In this document: in pieces, positions 1 to 10,704 of the stretch
Layout: each line of letters starts with the position of its first letter
Position numbering within the stretch: position 1 is the stretch's first letter
Assembly (NCBI GenBank): GCA_000166095.1
Contig: CP002278.1
Location: forward strand, 30,001 to 62,000
From: Methanothermus fervidus DSM 2088
GTDB lineage: Archaea > Methanobacteriota > Methanobacteria > DSM-2088 > Methanothermaceae
Direction of reading: 5' to 3'
DNA length: 32,000 bases
Program-made: the position numbers and the translations under genes
The notes under the pieces: model-generated
Databases searched by the model: none
The model's input: the letters and a program-made list of their open reading frames with translations, nothing else
Told to the model about the DNA's origin: nothing

Positions 1-424
1 CCTTACCATCTTGTATGACTGGTGAACCACTGTCTCCAGGCACTGGTAATTTTCTTGCTGGAAAAGATAATTTATGAAATGTTTTTCCAATATCTATAAT
101 TTTACATGGTTTTTTATGTCCCCTTCTCAATATATATGCAGAACCTAATTTTGGATTTCCAATTTCTGACGTTAAAACAAAATCTGAAGGAATGTTAAAA
201 CTAAGCAAGGCGATGTCCAAATTTTTGAAAATCTTTTGTACTTTACCTTTAAATCTGTTTATATATACTTCGCTTCCTTCTTTACATCCACAAATTTTTA
301 ATACATGATACGATGTTATGATTTTAAAAGAATTTTTATTTTTAATAATCGCGCCAATTACAGCTTTTATACCTTTACAACAAGACACTAATTCTCCAAT
401 TTTTATTTTTCTCAATTTGATCAC
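1..424 (-). CDS. Trypsin/chymotrypsin-like serine protease domain protein (partial, C-terminus beyond window edge)
   Basis: Open frame read on the minus strand from GTG at 422-424: VIKLRKIKIGELVSCCKGIKAVIGAIIKNKNSFKIITSYHVLKICGCKEGSEVYINRF...NLDIALLSF...LPVPGDSGSPVIQDGK. Motifs match a His (SYHVL), Asp (LDIALL), Ser (GDSGSP) triad in trypsin-fold order. Not listed in the supplied ORF track. Confidence 0.65.
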   Translation of the reverse strand, partial: MIKLRKIKIGELVSCCKGIKAVIGAIIKNKNSFKIITSYHVLKICGCKEGSEVYINRFKGKVQKIFKNLDIALLSFNIPSDFVLTSEIGNPKLGSAYILRRGHKKPCKIIDIGKTFHKLSFPARKLPVPGDSGSPVIQDGK

Positions 425-426
425 AT

Positions 427-2889
427 CTATCCTTCTTCTATTTTCTTTATGATTTTGTTTAATTTTTCAACTTCTTCATTAATATTAAAAGCTGAAGCGA
501 TTCTTTTCATTCCTTCAAAAGTCCTCAAAATATTATCTAACCAATTGAAAATATCTCCAGAATAAGTTTGTATTTTATATTTTGATATGATAATCTTACT
601 AATCTCTATTGGATCCTTACCCTTAAGACGCAAGTTAATAATATATTCTGAAAATTTCTTTTGAGTACAGCCACAAAATGGCCTATATTTACATTTACAT
701 GAAATAAAATCCATTTGAAGTCTAATAACAGCCTTTTGTAAATTTTTATCCAAATCAACTATATTTTTACCTTTTGATAATATGTCTAATGTTGAATCAG
801 CAAATAATCTACTTGAGAATTTCACACCTAGGTTATGAATTAATTGCTTATGCAATTGTTTTGAAAGATATGCATTCTCAAATGGATTAATAGTGACTGC
901 AATTTTAACCGCATCTTTCTTTCCAATATTTTTTTCTATATATTTTGCTTCATTTAATTTTAAAAATGACTTAGACACTGCAAAACCATATTCGGTTGGT
1001 TTAAATTTTTTCAACAACCCATGTTTTTCAAGTATTTGTACAGCCTCTTTAGAATCTATTGGCCACGAAGCATCGTTTGTAAGATCCTGAGGCTTCTTAA
1101 CCGATCCAGAAGTTATATCTGCCAATACATGTTCTAAAACATCTTCATCAGTATAATCAACATCAACAGGATCTAGGTTTCCTTCAAGAAGTTCAACAGC
1201 TTTAGATTCCTCAGTTTCTCCATTGAAATTCATCCCAATTTCAGCCAAAATATAAACAATGCCCCTATCATGATAGGAAGGTCTTCCAGCTCTTCCAAGC
1301 ATTTGTTGAAATTCATTATTTTCTATCCATTTATTACCCATCAATAAAGTTTCAAATATTACTTGGGATGCTGGAAAATCAACGCCAGCAGAAAGTGCTG
1401 CAGTTGTAACAACAGCTTCTAGATTTTGTGATGCAAATTCTTTTTCAATTTTTTCCCTTTTATGATAAGGCAAACCCGCATGATAAGCCGCAGCCTTTAT
1501 TCCTTTACTTCTTAAATAATTTGTAATCATTTTTGTTTTCATTCGAGAATTAGTAAAAACTATTGTTTGACCTCTAAATCCTTTTTTTGAAATATTATTA
1601 TACTCCTTTTTTATTAGTTTAGCAATTATTTCTTTCTTTTCTTCATTATTTTTTAGAAGTATAAGATGTTTTTCTAATGGCACTGGTCTTTTTTCGTATT
1701 TAACTAATTTTAATCCAAATTTTTTTGCTATTTCTTCAGCATTTTCTACAGTTGCTGATAAGGCAATTATTTGTGAATTAGGAAATATTTTCATGAATCT
1801 TTTAATCATTCCATTTAATCTCGGACCTCTCTCCCTATCTTCAAGCATGTGAATTTCGTCTATAACTATAACTCCAGGATCACCCAGATGTTTTGATTTA
1901 CCGGATCTAAGTAGAAAATCTATACCTTCATATGTTCCAACGACGATGTCAGCATCCCTGATATCATCTTCATGTATTTTAAGTTCACCCTTTGCTTTTA
2001 TTCTATTTTTACCAACTTTTATCGCTGTTTTAAGACCTAAACTTGAATATTTGGATTTAAATTCTCTGTATTTTTGGTTTGCAAGGGCAACTAATGGTGT
2101 TAAGTAAATAAATTTTTTTCCCTCTAATGCAGATGGGATACCTACAAGCTCACCTATCAATGTTTTACCACTGGCTGTTGCAGAAACAACCATTAAATTT
2201 TTTCCTTCAATTAATCCATTTTTTATTGCTAAATATTGTACAGGTAAAAGTTTTCTAATTTTTAAATGATTTAATACAAATTTAAATTTTTTTGGTATAT
2301 TTAATTCACTAACTTTTAATTCTTTATCTTTTCCACATTCTATTTTATCAATTAATGTAAATTCTGGATTTTCTACAGGATCAAAGAAAGGTTCAAAAAT
2401 TTTTAATATTTTTTCTACATCCTTTATCCTTTCAAGAATATTTTTTAATTTTTTAATAAGAGATTTATTTGCGCTTATATACCTAAGCTCCATCTTTATT
2501 ATGTCTTCTGCACACTCCTTACAAATTGCCTGGTTATTGTATTTGTAACTATTTTTTTCTGTGAGAATTGTCACGCGCTTTTCAATTAAACAATGATTAC
2601 AAACAATCAACTTTTTATACTGTATATTAAAATCATCCAGGAACTTTTCTAGGTTTTTATCACTATTTGCTAAAAAAACTTTATGGCTTCTAAGTAATTT
2701 TATTGCCTTTGATGGTGGATAAGGTTTACTTTTCTTATTTATAATTATAAATCTTTTTATACGTGGACCTGCTGGTGTACTTTTAAATTTTAAATGACCA
2801 TATAAAATTGGTTCGATTGGGACGTTCTCTTTTGGTTTTTTTACAAGAAATAATTCTATTTTTCTCCTCCTTTTATTTAATATTATCAT
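427..2889 (-). CDS. DEAD/DEAH-type superfamily 2 helicase, Hel308/Ski2-like, resembling archaeal DUF5814-containing helicases
   Basis: 820 aa with SATASGKT (motif I), DEIHMLED (motif II), [14 protein letters not shown] (motif III), QMLGRAGR (motif VI). N-terminal CNHC...CKEC and C-terminal [11 protein letters not shown] cysteine clusters. Confidence 0.85.
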   Translation of the reverse strand: MIILNKRRRKIELFLVKKPKENVPIEPILYGHLKFKSTPAGPRIKRFIIINKKSKPYPPSKAIKLLRSHKVFLANSDKNLEKFLDDFNIQYKKLIVCNHCLIEKRVTILTEKNSYKYNNQAICKECAEDIIKMELRYISANKSLIKKLKNILERIKDVEKILKIFEPFFDPVENPEFTLIDKIECGKDKELKVSELNIPKKFKFVLNHLKIRKLLPVQYLAIKNGLIEGKNLMVVSATASGKTLIGELVGIPSALEGKKFIYLTPLVALANQKYREFKSKYSSLGLKTAIKVGKNRIKAKGELKIHEDDIRDADIVVGTYEGIDFLLRSGKSKHLGDPGVIVIDEIHMLEDRERGPRLNGMIKRFMKIFPNSQIIALSATVENAEEIAKKFGLKLVKYEKRPVPLEKHLILLKNNEEKKEIIAKLIKKEYNNISKKGFRGQTIVFTNSRMKTKMITNYLRSKGIKAAAYHAGLPYHKREKIEKEFASQNLEAVVTTAALSAGVDFPASQVIFETLLMGNKWIENNEFQQMLGRAGRPSYHDRGIVYILAEIGMNFNGETEESKAVELLEGNLDPVDVDYTDEDVLEHVLADITSGSVKKPQDLTNDASWPIDSKEAVQILEKHGLLKKFKPTEYGFAVSKSFLKLNEAKYIEKNIGKKDAVKIAVTINPFENAYLSKQLHKQLIHNLGVKFSSRLFADSTLDILSKGKNIVDLDKNLQKAVIRLQMDFISCKCKYRPFCGCTQKKFSEYIINLRLKGKDPIEISKIIISKYKIQTYSGDIFNWLDNILRTFEGMKRIASAFNINEEVEKLNKIIKKIEEG

Positions 2890-4540
2890 TGTTTTTCCTC
2901 TTTTCTAGCATTTCTGTTGCAATTTTACGAAGTTTAAATTTTTGAACTTTGCCACTAGCCGTCAATGGAAATTTATCCACAAAGAAAACATATTTAGGTG
3001 CTTTGTATCGTGCAATATTTTCTTTTGCATAATCTATTACGTCTTCTTCTCTTATGTCAGCTCCATCTTCTTTTATTACAAATGCAGCTACTTCTTCTCC
3101 ATATTTTTCGTCAGGTACTCCTACAATTTGTACATCTTTAATTCCAGGCATTTTATGGAGAAATTCTTCAATTTCTCTTGGGTAGATATTTTCCCCACCT
3201 CTTATTATCATCTCCTTAATCCTTCCAACTATTCTGTAATATCCGTCTTTATCCATCATTGCAAGATCTCCAGTATGTAACCATCCATCTTCATCTATAG
3301 CTTCCTTTGTTTCCTTTGGCATCTTATAGTATCCTTTCATTACATTGTATCCTCTACAACATATCTCTCCTACTTCACCAGGTCCAAGTTTTTTTCCTGT
3401 CTTTGGATCTACAATTTTAACCTCTATTTCTGGTAGAGGTTTTCCAACAGTTTCAACTCTTTTATCAATAGGATCATCAACACTTGTTTGGGTAATACCT
3501 GGAGAAGCTTCAGTTAATCCATATACTATTGTTATTTCTTTCATGTGCATTTTTTCAATGACTTTTTTCATCAATTCTTTCGGACAGGGAGCTCCAGCCA
3601 TGATTCCAGTTCTAAGAGATGATAAATCAAACATGTCAAACATAGGATGTGATAATTCTGAAATGAACATAGTTGGAACTCCATAAAGAGCAGTACATTT
3701 TTCTTTTTCCACTGCAGCCAAAACAAGTAAAGGGTCAAAATATTCAAGCATCACTAAAGTTCCACCATGCGTTAGAATTGCAAGTAAACCAAGGACAATA
3801 CCAAAACAATGAAACATTGGCACTGGAAGACACAATTTATCTTTTTCAGTGAATTTTTGTCTTTCACCTATATAATAACCATTATTAAGTATGTTCCTAT
3901 GAGTCAACATGACGCCTTTTGGGAATCCTGTTGTCCCTGATGTATATTGTATATTTACAACATCATCATTTTTCACTTGCTTTTTAGCTTTTTCAAGTTT
4001 TTCATCTGGAACATGTTTTCCTAAAAGCATTAATTCATGTGTATTATACATGCCTCTGTGTTTTTCTGCACCAATATATATTACATGTTTGAGTTTTGGG
4101 AAGTTTTTACTTTTTAGTTTTCCTCTTTCATATTTTTTGAGTTCTGGAACTAACTCATATATGGTTTTAAGATAATTAACATCTCTAAAACCTTCTATCA
4201 ATGCAATTGCTTTCATATCAGATTGTTTCATTACATATTTTAATTCATCTTTTTTATAGGCAGTGTTAATAGTTACTAAAACCCCTCCTATCTTAGACGC
4301 CGCAAAGAAGAATGTTAGCCAATCCGGTACATTTGTAGCCCATATACCTATATGGTCTCCTTTTTTTAATCCCATATGTAACAATCCTTTTGCTAGAAGA
4401 TCTACTCTTTCATTAAATTCTTTATATGTAAATCTTAAATTACGATCGGGATAAACTATGAAATCTTTGTTAGGATATTTCTTGGCTTGTTCTTCTAAAA
4501 ATTCATGTATTGTTTTTTCGGTAAAAACCATAACAGTCAC
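2873..4540 (-). CDS. AMP-forming acyl-CoA/acetyl-CoA synthetase family protein
   Basis: 555 aa with [49 protein letters not shown] and K near the C-terminus ([13 protein letters not shown]). Confidence 0.9.
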   Translation of the reverse strand: MTVMVFTEKTIHEFLEEQAKKYPNKDFIVYPDRNLRFTYKEFNERVDLLAKGLLHMGLKKGDHIGIWATNVPDWLTFFFAASKIGGVLVTINTAYKKDELKYVMKQSDMKAIALIEGFRDVNYLKTIYELVPELKKYERGKLKSKNFPKLKHVIYIGAEKHRGMYNTHELMLLGKHVPDEKLEKAKKQVKNDDVVNIQYTSGTTGFPKGVMLTHRNILNNGYYIGERQKFTEKDKLCLPVPMFHCFGIVLGLLAILTHGGTLVMLEYFDPLLVLAAVEKEKCTALYGVPTMFISELSHPMFDMFDLSSLRTGIMAGAPCPKELMKKVIEKMHMKEITIVYGLTEASPGITQTSVDDPIDKRVETVGKPLPEIEVKIVDPKTGKKLGPGEVGEICCRGYNVMKGYYKMPKETKEAIDEDGWLHTGDLAMMDKDGYYRIVGRIKEMIIRGGENIYPREIEEFLHKMPGIKDVQIVGVPDEKYGEEVAAFVIKEDGADIREEDVIDYAKENIARYKAPKYVFFVDKFPLTASGKVQKFKLRKIATEMLEKRKNNDNIK

Positions 4541-4559
4541 CTAATGTCAAGTAACATGT

Positions 4560-5117
4560 TTAAAAAGGCGTGTAAAGTACTGCAAGTATTTTAGCAGGTT
4601 TATTGCCTGCAGAATGTACATGATGAGGTACTATTGAATCATAATAAATACTGTCACCTTCGGATAACCTATATTTATTTTTTCCATAAATTACTTCTAT
4701 TTCACCATTTAAAACATAAATAAATTCTTCACCTTCGTGCGATGATAATTTAAAATTCTTAGGTGGTAAATCAACATAGATAACAAAAGGTTCCATATGT
4801 CTATCTGCCTTCCCCATACCTAATGAGTGAAATTCTAAATGTGATTTATCAACTCTATCTTCTTCTCCAGAAAAATGCATTACTTTTGAGCTTTTGCCTT
4901 TTCTTACTATTATTGGTCCTTCCTGTATTTCATCATCTAAAAATGTGCCAAGTCTAACACCTAATGCTCTTGATATCTTAATTAATGGTGATAAAGATGG
5001 CAGAATATTTCCTTCTTCAATTTCTTTTATAAGTTTTTTATTAACTCCTGCACTTTTTGAAAGTTCAGAAATGCTCATTCCTCTATCTTTTCGAATTTTT
5101 TTTATTTTTTTCGCCAA
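4560..5117 (-). CDS. XRE-family HTH transcriptional regulator with C-terminal cupin domain
   Basis: 185 aa. N-terminal HTH (MSISELSKSAGVNKKLIKEIEEGNILPSLSPLIKISRALGVRLG), C-terminal cupin (SSHEGEEFIYVLNGEIEVIYGKNKYRLSEGDSIYYDSIVPHHVHSAG). Apparent TTG start; in-frame stop lies just upstream. Confidence 0.85.
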   Translation of the reverse strand: MAKKIKKIRKDRGMSISELSKSAGVNKKLIKEIEEGNILPSLSPLIKISRALGVRLGTFLDDEIQEGPIIVRKGKSSKVMHFSGEEDRVDKSHLEFHSLGMGKADRHMEPFVIYVDLPPKNFKLSSHEGEEFIYVLNGEIEVIYGKNKYRLSEGDSIYYDSIVPHHVHSAGNKPAKILAVLYTPF

Positions 5118-5161
5118 CTGTACTCATTCCAAAACACCTCATTACATAAGATAGAAATAAC

Positions 5162-6265
5162 TCATTTAAAACTATTTGAAATTTCAACAGCTTTCTTTGC
5201 AGCTTTTTCAAGAGAAGTTTCAAAAGGTATTCCAGCATTTTTTAAAATTTCATGTCCTTTTCTTTGATTAGTCCCTGTAAGACGTATAACAATTGGTATA
5301 TCTCTATCTAATTCATTTGATGCTTTTACAATTCCTTTTGCAACTTCATCTGCTCTTGTTATCCCACCTAATATATTAACAAAAATTACTTTAACATTTG
5401 AAAGAGATGAAACAAAATTTAAAGCTTTTTCAATGACTTCTGAGGATGCACCTCCTCCGATATCAAGAAAAGTAGCTGGTTTTCCCCCATATAAACTTAT
5501 TATGTCCATAGCAGCTAAAGTCAAACCAGCTCCATTACCAATAACAGCAATATCTCCATCTAATTTTGTGAATGCAAATTCTCTTTCTTTATATTCTTCT
5601 AAATTTTGTATTTCAGGATGTCTATAAACTCCATCATAATCTAAATCAATTTTTGCATCTAGAGCTATAACTTTGTTGTCTGGAGTTATAGCCAATGGAT
5701 TTATTTCCACAAGTTTAGCATCATATTTTTTAAATAGTTTGTAAGTTTTCCATATGATATTTCCAACCTTGGGTATCAAATTACTTTCTAGACCCATTTT
5801 ACGTGCTATTTCTCTACCTTCATATGGCATGAATTTATCAAGAGGATTGACATGATATTTTACTATAGAATTCTCCCTTACTTTTTCTTCAACATCTACG
5901 CCACCATGAACACTACCCATAATTAAAGGTTTTTTAGCTGCACGATCAATAATTACACTAATGTACAATTCTTCCTTTATATCTATTTTTTCTTCAATTA
6001 AAATTTTTTTTACTTTTTCTCCTTTAATTTTGGTATTAAATAATGATTTAGATAAATCATAGGCATTTTTTGGTGATGAAGCAAATTTTATACCGCCTGA
6101 TTTACCTCTTCCACCAACCAAAACCTGTGCTTTTAAAGCTACTGGAGCATTTATTTTTTTAGATGCTTCATAAACTTCATCAGGATTTTTTGCTACGTAA
6201 CCTTCTGGTATTGGTATTCCTTCCATTTTAAATAATTTTTTAGCGTTGTACTCGTACAGTTTCAT
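5162..6265 (-). CDS. sucC: Succinate-CoA ligase (ADP-forming) subunit beta
   Basis: 367 aa ATP-grasp protein: MKLYEYNAKKLFKMEGIPIPEG, VLVGGRGKSGGIKFA, NGAGLTLAAMDIISLYGGKPATFLDIGGGA, ILGGITRADEVAKGI. Confidence 0.93.
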   Translation of the reverse strand: MKLYEYNAKKLFKMEGIPIPEGYVAKNPDEVYEASKKINAPVALKAQVLVGGRGKSGGIKFASSPKNAYDLSKSLFNTKIKGEKVKKILIEEKIDIKEELYISVIIDRAAKKPLIMGSVHGGVDVEEKVRENSIVKYHVNPLDKFMPYEGREIARKMGLESNLIPKVGNIIWKTYKLFKKYDAKLVEINPLAITPDNKVIALDAKIDLDYDGVYRHPEIQNLEEYKEREFAFTKLDGDIAVIGNGAGLTLAAMDIISLYGGKPATFLDIGGGASSEVIEKALNFVSSLSNVKVIFVNILGGITRADEVAKGIVKASNELDRDIPIVIRLTGTNQRKGHEILKNAGIPFETSLEKAAKKAVEISNSFK

Positions 6266-6797
6266 TTTTTGCCACCTTCATACCCTCATTAAATGCTTTT
6301 ATATTTTTTTCTTCCGTGTTTGGTGGTACAGAATCAATTATAGCCTTTTTTGCAGCTTTTTTACTTACAATATTAGTTAAGGATGTAAGTGCACCTATCA
6401 TGACCATATTGGCTACGATGGGTAATCCTATCTTTTTTTCGGCTAACTTTGTTGCTGGAATTTTGAATAATTTTACATCATTTCTAATATTGGAGGGTTT
6501 AACAAGATCTGAATCAATTATTACTATACCTTTTGGTTTTAAATCGTTTATATATGTTGAAAATGCTTCATTAGACATTGCAACAAAAATATCTGGATTT
6601 TGTACCTTTGGGTAGTCTATTTCTTTATCACTAATAACTACTTCAGATCTAGATGCTCCACCTCTGGCTTCTGGCCCATAGGATTGTGTTTGTACAGCAT
6701 ACATATTGTCATATAATGCAGCTGCTCTTCCAAGTACTATACCAGCCAAAATTATACCCTGACCACCAAAACCTGCAAATCTTACTTCTATTCTCAA
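6240..6797 (-). CDS. korC: 2-oxoacid (2-oxoglutarate) ferredoxin oxidoreductase subunit gamma
   Basis: 185 aa: MRIEVRFAGFGGQGIILAGIVLGRAAAL, YGPEARGGASRSEVVIS. Overlaps sucC and korB in a same-strand kor cluster. Confidence 0.9.
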   Translation of the reverse strand: MRIEVRFAGFGGQGIILAGIVLGRAAALYDNMYAVQTQSYGPEARGGASRSEVVISDKEIDYPKVQNPDIFVAMSNEAFSTYINDLKPKGIVIIDSDLVKPSNIRNDVKLFKIPATKLAEKKIGLPIVANMVMIGALTSLTNIVSKKAAKKAIIDSVPPNTEEKNIKAFNEGMKVAKNETVRVQR

Positions 6798-7645
6798 TCT
6801 GATCCCTCATAAGCTGACTTTATTGTGTTTATTTTCCCATATTTCTTTTCAATGAGTTTATACATTTCAGTAGAAAATTCTTTCAGTTTTCGATTTACAA
6901 ATTCTCCAACTATAATCTTACCCTTAAGTTCATCTTTATCCATTTTTTCTGCTTTTCTTATATTTATACTGTTTTTTTTCATCCATTTTAGCATTTCAAC
7001 CGCAGATTTCATGTTATTCATTCTTCCATAATAAGTTGGGCATTGTGAAACAACTTCTATAAAGGAGAAGCCTTTATTTTTAAGACCTCTTTTAATTGAT
7101 TTTGTTAATTGTAAAACATGATAAGTTGTCCACCTTGCAACATAACTTGCACCAGAGGATTTAACTAACTTCACAAGATCAAATGGATTTTCAATTACAC
7201 CATATGGGGCTGTAGTTCCATAACTACCTCTTGGAGATGTAGGACTTACTTGACCTCCAGTCATTCCATAAATGCTGTTATTGATGCAAATAACAGTCAT
7301 GTCAATATTTCTTCTTGCTCCATGGATGAGATGGTTCCCACCAATAGCTGCAGCATCTCCATCTCCAGTAAATACCACTACGTTTAAGTTTGGATTTCCT
7401 AATTTAATCCCTGTTGCAAATGCTATAGGCCTTCCGTGAGTTGTATGTAAAGAATCACATTTTATATAACCAGGTATTCTTGATGAACATCCAATTCCAG
7501 ATACAAGTACAGTATTTTTAAATTCAATTTTGGCCATTTCCATAGCTTTTAGGAATGTATTGATTACAATTCCATTGCCGCAACCTGAACAAAAAATATG
7601 TGGAAGTCTGTCTTCTCTTAAATATTTTAAAAAAGCATTTTTCAT
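6794..7645 (-). CDS. korB: 2-oxoacid (2-oxoglutarate) ferredoxin oxidoreductase subunit beta
   Basis: 283 aa TPP-binding subunit: FCSGCGNGIV, HTTHGRPIAFATGIKLGNP, VFTGDGDAAAIGGNHLIHGARRN. Confidence 0.92.
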   Translation of the reverse strand: MKNAFLKYLREDRLPHIFCSGCGNGIVINTFLKAMEMAKIEFKNTVLVSGIGCSSRIPGYIKCDSLHTTHGRPIAFATGIKLGNPNLNVVVFTGDGDAAAIGGNHLIHGARRNIDMTVICINNSIYGMTGGQVSPTSPRGSYGTTAPYGVIENPFDLVKLVKSSGASYVARWTTYHVLQLTKSIKRGLKNKGFSFIEVVSQCPTYYGRMNNMKSAVEMLKWMKKNSINIRKAEKMDKDELKGKIIVGEFVNRKLKEFSTEMYKLIEKKYGKINTIKSAYEGSD

Positions 7646-8763
7646 CTTAAAATCCTCCTAATCTCTGAAAGAATTTCCACAGGTTTATGTAATTCACCAC
7701 CAATTTTTGGAAGTAAATACACATTTGCTTTACCTTTCACAGCTCTTTGAACCTCATAAAACATTTGTCCAAGATTCATTTCAACAACAAGAATATTTTT
7801 TGCACTGTCTGCTAATTCAGATATTTTTTCATCTGGAAATGGCCATGGCGTGTCTAATTTTACATATCCAACTTTATAACCTTCTTTCCTTCCCAGTTTA
7901 ACAGCACTTATTACTGATCTAACAGGAGCTCCATATGAAATCACTATTAAATCAGCATCATTACAGTATTCTTCTTTAATATGGATAATTTTATTTTTAT
8001 TTTTCAATATTTTATTACAGAGTCTTTTAACAAGTTTTTCATGTGTTTCTGGATTTGAAGCATCAGGATATCCTTTTTCATTGTGTGTAAGGCCGGTTAC
8101 ATGTATTTGATAATTTTCCCCAAAAGGAGGCATTGGAGGGGTTCCATCAGGCGGCGCTTTAAAAAAATCTGTTTTTTCTTTGGGTCTTTTCCTTTTTACA
8201 ACGTTTATTTTTTCAGGTATTACTACTTTCTCACGCATATGGCCTATTATTTCATCGCTAAGAATTATTACGGGTACTCTATATTTTTCCGAAAAATTAA
8301 AAGCTTTAATCATAAAATCAAAACATTCTTGAACTGATGAAGGTGAAAGAGCTATTATTTCATAATCACCATGTGAACCCCATCTTGCTTGCATCATATC
8401 ACTTTGGGAGGCCATTGTAGGCTGCCCTGTAGATGGTGAACCTCTTTGAACATCTACGATGACTACTGGAGTTTCTGTCATTACAGCATAACCTATATGT
8501 TCCTGCATCAAAGAAAATCCAGGACCAGAGGTTGCTGTCATTGCTTTTAGGCCGCTCCAAACTGCTCCAATCGCTGCAGCTAAAGCACCTATTTCATCTT
8601 CCATCTGTATAAATATCCCACCATATTTTGGCAATAATTTTGCCATTTTTTCGGCTATTTCTGTGGAAGGCGTAATAGGATATCCTGCAAAAAATCTACA
8701 TCCTGCTTTGATGGCACCAATTGCAAAACTTTCATTTCCTTGAATAAATAACTCTTTACTCAT
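7642..8763 (-). CDS. korA: 2-oxoacid (2-oxoglutarate) ferredoxin oxidoreductase subunit alpha
   Basis: 373 aa: GNESFAIGAIKAGCRFFAGYPITPSTEIAE, MEDEIGALAAAIGAVWSGLKAMTATSGPGFSLM. Confidence 0.92.
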   Translation of the reverse strand: MSKELFIQGNESFAIGAIKAGCRFFAGYPITPSTEIAEKMAKLLPKYGGIFIQMEDEIGALAAAIGAVWSGLKAMTATSGPGFSLMQEHIGYAVMTETPVVIVDVQRGSPSTGQPTMASQSDMMQARWGSHGDYEIIALSPSSVQECFDFMIKAFNFSEKYRVPVIILSDEIIGHMREKVVIPEKINVVKRKRPKEKTDFFKAPPDGTPPMPPFGENYQIHVTGLTHNEKGYPDASNPETHEKLVKRLCNKILKNKNKIIHIKEEYCNDADLIVISYGAPVRSVISAVKLGRKEGYKVGYVKLDTPWPFPDEKISELADSAKNILVVEMNLGQMFYEVQRAVKGKANVYLLPKIGGELHKPVEILSEIRRILR

Positions 8764-8959
8764 TTTTATTCACCGAAATAGCTTGATCAGGGCACATTAA
8801 GACACATATATTGCATTTTGTACACCTTTCAGGACTTTTAGGTAGTGGTACATGTACTCCTTTTTCATTAATCTCTTTTGACATTTCAAATACATTACGA
8901 GGACAAAATTCGATACATATGCCACATCCTTTACATAATTTTTCATTAATGGCTATCAT
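8756..8959 (-). CDS. korD: 2-oxoglutarate ferredoxin oxidoreductase subunit delta (2x[4Fe-4S] ferredoxin)
   Basis: 67 aa with CKGCGICIEFCP and CTKCNICVLMCP; first gene of the kor block. Confidence 0.9.
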   Translation of the reverse strand: MIAINEKLCKGCGICIEFCPRNVFEMSKEINEKGVHVPLPKSPERCTKCNICVLMCPDQAISVNKNE

Positions 8960-9044
8960 GTTTTCTAAATTTTAGATTTCAATATAAAAAATTTTATTTA
9001 CTCAAAAAATCAACTTAAAATTAATTAGTTTAGTAACTCAATTA

Positions 9045-9962
9045 TTAACCCAACAAAGCTACCCTACTTCTTTCAGATTTGTCAACGATTTCCATTCCAA
9101 CTTCTTTAGATATTTCATTGGCAAAATCAAATACTTCTTGGGCTAATGGCATGTTTTCCATTTTTAATCTTTTTCTTGAATAACCTAGATACATATATGC
9201 CTTGACCTCAACAAAATCAGGTTCTGCAATTTTAATTAATTCGGCGAATTTATCTGGATAATCCATGTTAATTCCTTTTATTGCAGTTATCCTTATGACC
9301 TTCCTACAGTTAAAAGTAGGCATGATTTCTAAAGATTTATTTAATTTTTCCCAGCCATCTTTAACCAATGGACGACAAATTTTAATGTATTTATCTTTAT
9401 TGGGAGCTTCCAATGAAATATAAAGTTGAGTAGGTTCCTCATTGAGATTCTCTAATCTTTCTGGTAAAAGTCCATTGGTTACTAAGAATGTTGTGAAATT
9501 TTTGCGATGAAATTCTTCTATTAACTCATCTATTAAAGGATATAATGTTGGTTCTCCAACGAGTGAAATAGCGGCATTATTAGGATTTTGAGCCTCTAAA
9601 ACTTTTTTCTTATTTGCTTTTTCGTTTCCAAAAAATCCACATAATAGTGCTCTTTGAGCTTCTATACATCCATCCACTATTTCCTTTGGATCGTCGTAAG
9701 GTCCTTCCCATTTATATGATTTTGAAATTAAATCTCTCCAACAAAACAAACATCTGTGTTGGCAGAAAAATACACTAGGTGACATTTGTAAACATCTATG
9801 GCTTCTTATACCATAAAATTTCTCTTTGTAGCAGACTCCTTCATCTAACAAACTTTTTTTTGTCCATAAACACGTCTTTACAGCAGTATGTTGATTTTTT
9901 CCTACAAAATGATACCCCATTTTTTTTAATCTTTCTATTTCTTTTTTTTCCACTCTGATCAT
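9045..9962 (-). CDS. taw1: tRNA 4-demethylwyosine synthase, radical SAM (TYW1/Taw1)
   Basis: 305 aa with radical SAM motif CQHRCLFCWR, SLVGEPTLYP, FLVTNG and the TYW1-type sequence context (QLYISLEAPNKDKYIKICRPLVKDGWE). Confidence 0.88.
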   Translation of the reverse strand: MIRVEKKEIERLKKMGYHFVGKNQHTAVKTCLWTKKSLLDEGVCYKEKFYGIRSHRCLQMSPSVFFCQHRCLFCWRDLISKSYKWEGPYDDPKEIVDGCIEAQRALLCGFFGNEKANKKKVLEAQNPNNAAISLVGEPTLYPLIDELIEEFHRKNFTTFLVTNGLLPERLENLNEEPTQLYISLEAPNKDKYIKICRPLVKDGWEKLNKSLEIMPTFNCRKVIRITAIKGINMDYPDKFAELIKIAEPDFVEVKAYMYLGYSRKRLKMENMPLAQEVFDFANEISKEVGMEIVDKSERSRVALLG

Positions 9963-10017
9963 CTTCCTCCCAATTTCTTCTTTCTTTATATATATTTTTG
10001 TTTTTTGATAATAAATA

Positions 10018-10033
10018 AAATTTAAATATAAGA
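10018..10033 (+). promoter_or_regulatory. Putative archaeal TATA box for the peroxiredoxin/superoxide reductase pair
   Basis: TTTAAATATA at 10021-10030, about 48 nt upstream of the likely ATG at 10078. Confidence 0.45.
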
Positions 10034-10068
10034 TATTAAAAAATATTTGTGTATGTAATAATAAAGAA

Positions 10069-10704
10069 GTGGTTAAGATGTTAATAGGTGAGAAATTCCC
10101 GTCTTTAGATGTTAATACTACCCATGGCAGAATAAAATTGCCAGACTATTTTGATGGTAAGTGGTTCATACTTTTCAGCCATCCTGCAGATTTTACACCA
10201 GTATGTACAACAGAATTTGTGGCTTTCCAAAATAAATATGAGGAATTTAAGAAATTAAATTGTGGGTTAATAGGTTTAAGCGTTGATCAAGTCTTTAGCC
10301 ATATTAAGTGGATAGAGTGGATCAAAGAAAATTTAAACATAGTAATAAAGTTTCCAATAATAGCAGATACAGGAGAAGTTGCAAAAAAATTAAACCTCAT
10401 ACACCCAAAACAAGGTTCAAACACTGTACGAGGAGTATTTATTGTAGATGATAAGTCAGTTATAAGAGCAATGTTGTATTATCCTCAAGAATTAGGGAGA
10501 AACATAGATGAAATTCTTAGGATGATAAAGGGTTTTAAAACAATCGAAAAGGAAAAAGTGGCGTTGCCTGCAAACTGGCCTAAAAATGAACTTATTGGTG
10601 ATAAAAGGATAGTGCCTCCTCCATCAAATATAAAAGATGCTGAAAAAAGAAAAGAAACCTATGAATGTTATGATTGGTGGTTCTGTTACAAGAAAGGTGA
10701 TTAA
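10069..10704 (+). CDS. Peroxiredoxin (AhpC/TSA, archaeal Prx6-like)
   Basis: 211 aa: [22 protein letters not shown]. The first in-frame start is GTG at 10069, but ATG at 10078 ([11 protein letters not shown]) is the more likely start. Confidence 0.92.
   Translation: MVKMLIGEKFPSLDVNTTHGRIKLPDYFDGKWFILFSHPADFTPVCTTEFVAFQNKYEEFKKLNCGLIGLSVDQVFSHIKWIEWIKENLNIVIKFPIIADTGEVAKKLNLIHPKQGSNTVRGVFIVDDKSVIRAMLYYPQELGRNIDEILRMIKGFKTIEKEKVALPANWPKNELIGDKRIVPPPSNIKDAEKRKETYECYDWWFCYKKGD

Noticed and set aside
4541-5161. Possible frameshift or pseudogene around the regulator because of the TTG start
   Set aside because: The HTH and cupin domains are both complete and in one frame; an in-frame stop just upstream defines the start.
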